The notes under the pieces: generated by a model
Databases searched by the model: none
What the model was told of the DNA's origin: nothing
Seen by the model: only the letters and a program-made list of their open reading frames with translations
NCBI GenBank assembly: GCA_964618105.1
Contig: CAZUAJ010000001.1
Location: 24,896-88,895, forward strand
Origin: an uncultured Clostridium sp.
GTDB taxonomy: Bacteria > Bacillota > Clostridia > TANB77 > CAG-508
Length of the DNA stretch: 64,000 bases
Reading direction: 5' to 3'
Shown here: piece by piece, positions 59,709 through 64,000 of the stretch
Layout: the number at the start of each line of letters is the position of its first letter
How positions within the stretch are numbered: position 1 is the stretch's first letter
Program-made: the position numbers and the translations under genes

Positions 59709-60953
59709 TTATAAACCTTCAACCTTTCCATCAACTGCCCTTGTAACTAACATTGAGGCTGCTGTATCTCCAACTGAATTTAAAACTGTTGCAGGAGCAT
59801 CTATAATTGTTGCAATAATTGTTAATATTGGTAAGCTTGCAACTGGAAAACCCATCATTGATATTATAAACATTTCAGATATAGTTCCACCACCAATTGG
59901 CACTGCTGTTATTAATAAATTAGCAACTAAAGCTATTCCTAGCATACCAAAAATTTGACCTGCTGAACTCATTTCCATTCCAAATAAGCATACTAAAAAC
60001 ATTATTTTAAACATTGAGCCTATAATTGTTCCATCTTTATGGAATGATGTTCCTAATGGAATTGTTGTTTCTGCAATATCGTTTGGTACCCCTATTTGTT
60101 TGGCAGCTTTTATATTTGCCGGTATAGATGCTGCACTAGAACAAGTAGCAAGTGCTGTAAGTATTGCTGGTATTACATTTTTCCAAAATGCTTTTACTCC
60201 TTTTTTACCACCAGCTATGTATGCATATAATGTATAAAATACAGCAAAAAATATAATACATACTATGGTATAAAGTATAAATGTTTTTAAGTAGCCCATT
60301 GCTATTGTTCCACCAAAATTTCCTACCATTGATGCCATATAACATCCCAGTCCAATTGGTGCATAGTACATTATAATTTTTAAAACATTTTCAATAATTT
60401 CATTTGCAGAATATAATAATTCTTTTACTTTTTCTCCTTTTTCTTTTGACATTCTAACACCAATACCAAATATAATAGCTGCTACTAATAATGCAGTTAT
60501 GTTATTTTTTGATAAAAGTTCTGGTAAATCATTTACAGTAAGAAGTTTTACTGTTCGCTGTAATATGCTTAATTCTTCTGTTTCACTTTCGCTATCTTCT
60601 AACGCACTTTTTATTGCTGTTCCATCTTTTACATTAACTAAATTAGTTTTAAATGTTGTTACAAATCCTACTAATACTGAAATTAATGACATTATTACAA
60701 AAACTATTATAGTAAAAACTAAAATTTTTCCCATTCTTTTTGGATTTTCCATTTTTGTGATTGCTGTTGTAATATTAAGAAAAATAAGTGGAACTATTAT
60801 AACTAATAACATATTTAAAAATATGTCACCAAATGGACTAAGCACACTCGCTTTTTCTTTGAAAATAAGTCCAACAATACTACCTAAAATTATTGCAAAT
60901 ATTAAAATAATAGTTGATTTGTAATTTGATAATAATTTTTTAATAAAAAACAC
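59709..60953 (-). CDS. Dicarboxylate/amino acid:cation symporter (DAACS family)
   Basis: 414 aa, family-typical re-entrant loop regions. Confidence 0.75.
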   Translation of the reverse strand: MFFIKKLLSNYKSTIILIFAIILGSIVGLIFKEKASVLSPFGDIFLNMLLVIIVPLIFLNITTAITKMENPKRMGKILVFTIIVFVIMSLISVLVGFVTTFKTNLVNVKDGTAIKSALEDSESETEELSILQRTVKLLTVNDLPELLSKNNITALLVAAIIFGIGVRMSKEKGEKVKELLYSANEIIENVLKIIMYYAPIGLGCYMASMVGNFGGTIAMGYLKTFILYTIVCIIFFAVFYTLYAYIAGGKKGVKAFWKNVIPAILTALATCSSAASIPANIKAAKQIGVPNDIAETTIPLGTSFHKDGTIIGSMFKIMFLVCLFGMEMSSAGQIFGMLGIALVANLLITAVPIGGGTISEMFIISMMGFPVASLPILTIIATIIDAPATVLNSVGDTAASMLVTRAVDGKVEGL

Positions 60954-61133
60954 CTCCTATATATAAGCATTATATTCGTGTTTTTTAAAAATATTAGAGT
61001 ATTTTTATTAAAATCATTGAATTTTACTGTATTTTTTTATATAATAGTGGGCATAAATATGTAAGGGTTTCAATTACTGGAAAAATTTACTTTTTCAAGC
61101 AATTTATACCTAAAAGAAAGGATTGTGATAATT

Positions 61134-62528
61134 ATGGAAAACAAAGTATTAGTAAAGGAATTATATAGAAATACAAATAATTACACAAATCAAACTGTTA
61201 CAGTTTCTGGTTGGGTAAAAACTATTCGTGATTCAAAAAGCTTTGGTTTTATAGAATTAAATGATGGAAGCTTTTTTAAGAATGTTCAAGTTGTATTTGA
61301 TACCTGTTTAAATAATTTTGATGAAGTTAAAAAATTAAGTATTAGTTCTTCTATTGTAGTTACAGGAGAAGTTATAAAAACCGAAAATGCTAAACAACCA
61401 TTTGAAATAAAAGCAACTAATGTAGAAATTTTAAATGTGGCTGATTTAGACTATCCACTTCAAAAGAAAAAACATTCTTTTGAATATTTAAGAACTGTAT
61501 CTCATTTAAGACCTAGAACAAATACTTTTAATGCAGTTTTTAGAGTACGTAGTGTGCTTTCTTTTGCAATTCATAAATTTTTCCAAGAAAGAGGTTTTGT
61601 TTATGTACATACACCTATTATTACAGGAAGCGACTGTGAAGGTGCTGGCGAAATGTTTAGAGTAACTACATTAGATATGGAAAATTTACCAAAAACAGAA
61701 GATGGTAATATTGATTATACTCAAGACTTTTTTGGTAAAGAATCTCATTTAACAGTAAGTGGTCAATTAGATGTTGAAACCTATGCACATGCATTCAGAA
61801 ACGTTTATACATTTGGTCCTACATTTAGAGCTGAAAATTCAAATACTGTAAAACATGCTGCTGAATTTTGGATGATTGAACCTGAAATTTGTTTTGCTGA
61901 TTTACAAGATGATATGGATTTAGCTGAAGATATGATTAAATATATTATTTCTTATGTTTTAGAAAATGCTCCTGAAGAAATGGCATTTTTTAACCAATTT
62001 ATTGACACAGGATTACTTGATAGATTACACAATGTATTAAATTCAGACTTTGGCAGAATTAGCTATACAGATGCTATAAAAGAATTAGAAAAAAATAACG
62101 ATAAATTTGAATACCCAGTTAGTTGGGGTGTTGATATTCAAACAGAACATGAAAGATATTTAAGTGAAAAAATATTTGGTAAACCTGTATTTGTTACAGA
62201 TTACCCAAAAGATATTAAAGCTTTTTATATGAAATTAAATCCAGATGGCAAAACTGTTGCTGCTACTGACCTTTTAGTTCCTGGTATTGGCGAAATTATT
62301 GGTGGTAGTCAAAGAGAAGATAATTTTGAAAAATTAAGTACTCGTATTAATGAACTTGGTTTAAATGAAGATGATTATTGGTGGTACTTAGATTTAAGAA
62401 GATATGGTGGTTGCCCACACGCTGGTTTTGGTTTAGGCTTTGAAAGAATGATGATGTACTTAACTGGTATGCAAAATATTCGTGATGTACTTCCATTTCC
62501 TAGAACACCAAAAAATTGTGAGTTTTAA
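61134..62528 (+). CDS. asnS: Asparagine--tRNA ligase
   Basis: Class II aaRS motifs ([14 protein letters not shown]) with N-terminal OB fold. Confidence 0.85.
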   Translation: MENKVLVKELYRNTNNYTNQTVTVSGWVKTIRDSKSFGFIELNDGSFFKNVQVVFDTCLNNFDEVKKLSISSSIVVTGEVIKTENAKQPFEIKATNVEILNVADLDYPLQKKKHSFEYLRTVSHLRPRTNTFNAVFRVRSVLSFAIHKFFQERGFVYVHTPIITGSDCEGAGEMFRVTTLDMENLPKTEDGNIDYTQDFFGKESHLTVSGQLDVETYAHAFRNVYTFGPTFRAENSNTVKHAAEFWMIEPEICFADLQDDMDLAEDMIKYIISYVLENAPEEMAFFNQFIDTGLLDRLHNVLNSDFGRISYTDAIKELEKNNDKFEYPVSWGVDIQTEHERYLSEKIFGKPVFVTDYPKDIKAFYMKLNPDGKTVAATDLLVPGIGEIIGGSQREDNFEKLSTRINELGLNEDDYWWYLDLRRYGGCPHAGFGLGFERMMMYLTGMQNIRDVLPFPRTPKNCEF

Positions 62529-62532
62529 AAAC

Positions 62533-63327
62533 TCACAATTTTTTTATTTTTTCTCTTACATATTCATAAATCATTATACTTGCTGCAACTGATGCATTTA
62601 AACTTTCAGTTTTTCCTAACATTGGTATTATAACTTTTTGGTCTGCTAATTCTTGTATTTCTTTTGATACCCCATTTGCTTCATTTCCTATTACTATTAC
62701 TTTTTTATTAAATTTTATGTCATATACACTTTTATTTGTATCAAGTGATGTTACTACAATTTCAAATTTATGTTTTTTTACCATTTGTAATGTTTTGGCT
62801 AAATTTTCACTGGTTATTATATTCATTCTAAATATCGCACCCATTGTAGATCGTACTACTTTTTGGTTGTAAGGATCTGCACAGTCTGCTGATAATATTA
62901 TTTGTTTTAAATTTGCACTATCTGCTGTTCTTAAAATTGTACCTAAGTTTCCTGGATCTTGTATTCCATCTAATGCAAGTATTATATCTTCTTTATAATC
63001 TATTTCATCTATACTATTGCTTTTTTCTACTACAGCTAAAATTCCTTGTGGATTTACAACATCTGTTATAGAAAGAAATATTTTTTTAGTAACATATATG
63101 CAGTTATATTTTGCTATTTCATAAAGTAGTGATTGTTCCATACTTTCAGTGTATTCGCAGTCTTCGCATATAACTATTGTTTTAATTTTAGCATTTTCTT
63201 CTATTGCTTCTTTTACAAGTTTTATGCCTTCAACTATATATTCGTTTGTTTCATCTCTAAATTTTTTATCTTTTAATTTTTTTATATATTTAATTTGTTC
63301 ATTATCCTTACTTGAAATTATATGCAT
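62533..63327 (-). CDS. SpoU/TrmH-family RNA 2'-O-methyltransferase (RlmB-like)
   Basis: SpoU methylase domain in the C-terminal half. Confidence 0.7.
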   Translation of the reverse strand: MHIISSKDNEQIKYIKKLKDKKFRDETNEYIVEGIKLVKEAIEENAKIKTIVICEDCEYTESMEQSLLYEIAKYNCIYVTKKIFLSITDVVNPQGILAVVEKSNSIDEIDYKEDIILALDGIQDPGNLGTILRTADSANLKQIILSADCADPYNQKVVRSTMGAIFRMNIITSENLAKTLQMVKKHKFEIVVTSLDTNKSVYDIKFNKKVIVIGNEANGVSKEIQELADQKVIIPMLGKTESLNASVAASIMIYEYVREKIKKL

Positions 63328-63408
63328 AATAAAATTTTCCTTTCTACACTTTTCTATGTTTTTTATTTTTTTATCAATATTTAAGGAAATTATTATAATA
63401 GATATATA

Positions 63409-64000
63409 CTAAATACCAATAACCGTATTTAGAAAATCTTTTACATTATTTATTAATTCCGCTTCTTTCTTAATTCTTAAAGTAACATATGGCTCTATAG
63501 CATTTGAAAACTTAATAAGCATTGGATACTTTGTAATTAAAGTAGTTACCATTTCAGGTTTAATACTTTCTTTTACAAAATAGAACACAACCCCATTTGC
63601 CCTTTGAGAAATTTTAAATACATTTGCACTTCTTGCCAATTGTTTTATACGTGCAACCTCTATTAAATTTTTAAGCTCTTTTGGTAATTTACCATATCTG
63701 TCAATAATCTCATCAATAACATTTTGTAGTTGCTCTTCTGTTCTACATAATGCAATATTTTGGTAAATTTCAATTTTTTGACTACTGTTTTCAATAAACT
63801 CATCAGGAATATAGCTAGATATAGATAAATCAATTTGTACATCTTGTTCTTGTACAACTTCTATTCCTTGTGCTTCTCTAATAACCTCATCTAGTAACCT
63901 ACAATATGTATCATACCCTACTTGTTCCATATGTCCATGTTGCATTTCACCAAGCATACTTCCTGCTCCACGAATCTCTAAATCTCTCATAGCTATTTTA
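63409..64000 (-). CDS. mfd: Transcription-repair coupling factor, C-terminal end; gene start lies beyond the window end
   Basis: DLEIRGAGSMLGEMQHGH helicase motif VI plus the C-terminal D7 region. Confidence 0.8.
   Translation of the reverse strand, partial: KIAMRDLEIRGAGSMLGEMQHGHMEQVGYDTYCRLLDEVIREAQGIEVVQEQDVQIDLSISSYIPDEFIENSSQKIEIYQNIALCRTEEQLQNVIDEIIDRYGKLPKELKNLIEVARIKQLARSANVFKISQRANGVVFYFVKESIKPEMVTTLITKYPMLIKFSNAIEPYVTLRIKKEAELINNVKDFLNTVIGI

Noticed and set aside
60960-61133. T-box leader upstream of asnS
   Set aside because: The 170-bp spacer is too short. No T-box consensus (AATTAGGGTGGNACCGCG) or specifier/antiterminator pairing is visible.

Overview
This is a 64 kb window with about 28% GC from a spore-forming Clostridia-like Firmicute; sigH and spoIIM are present. 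A conserved core block of polC(partial), rseP, cdsA, uppS, frr and pyrH sits on the minus strand at 1-6.5 kb. A class-B-like sortase with a minimal LPQTG substrate and ychF follow. A roughly 5 kb degraded accessory patch lies at 9.3-14 kb. It holds two membrane proteins, a MazF/PemK-domain fusion protein and a frameshifted, N-truncated large serine recombinase. A complete siphovirus-type prophage of about 31 kb occupies 14,021-45,065. It is inserted into the 3' end of tRNA-Thr(GGT) with 14-bp direct att repeats and putative integrase arm-type repeats at both junctions. The prophage carries a hicA(frameshifted)-hicB moron, a lysis cassette, a tail module, an HK97-like head module, HNH-TerS-TerL packaging genes, an early region, a cro/cI switch, a TM2-DnaQ exonuclease fusion and a tyrosine integrase. 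The lysis cassette is XhlA-like, holin, a 33-aa acidic ORF and an M23 endolysin. The tail module is tail fibre, Tal, Dit, TMP, G/GT -1 frameshift chaperone and major tail protein. The early region has RusA, two homing-endonuclease-type genes, a YopX-like protein, a replisome organiser with internal iterons, a Spo0A-C-domain-only protein and an SPFH protein. The right flank is core: sigH, ligA, pgsA, xerD-like, spoIIM, coaE, tmcAL, rnhA, uvrB, a CDF transporter, a DAACS symporter, asnS, an rlmB-like gene and the mfd 3' end. The most interesting signal is a (CA)12 tract inside a 51-codon leader ORF that is ATGA-coupled to three SD-less paralogous genes downstream of the tail fibre; I read this as a candidate phase-variable translational switch. 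No CRISPR array or rRNA was seen.
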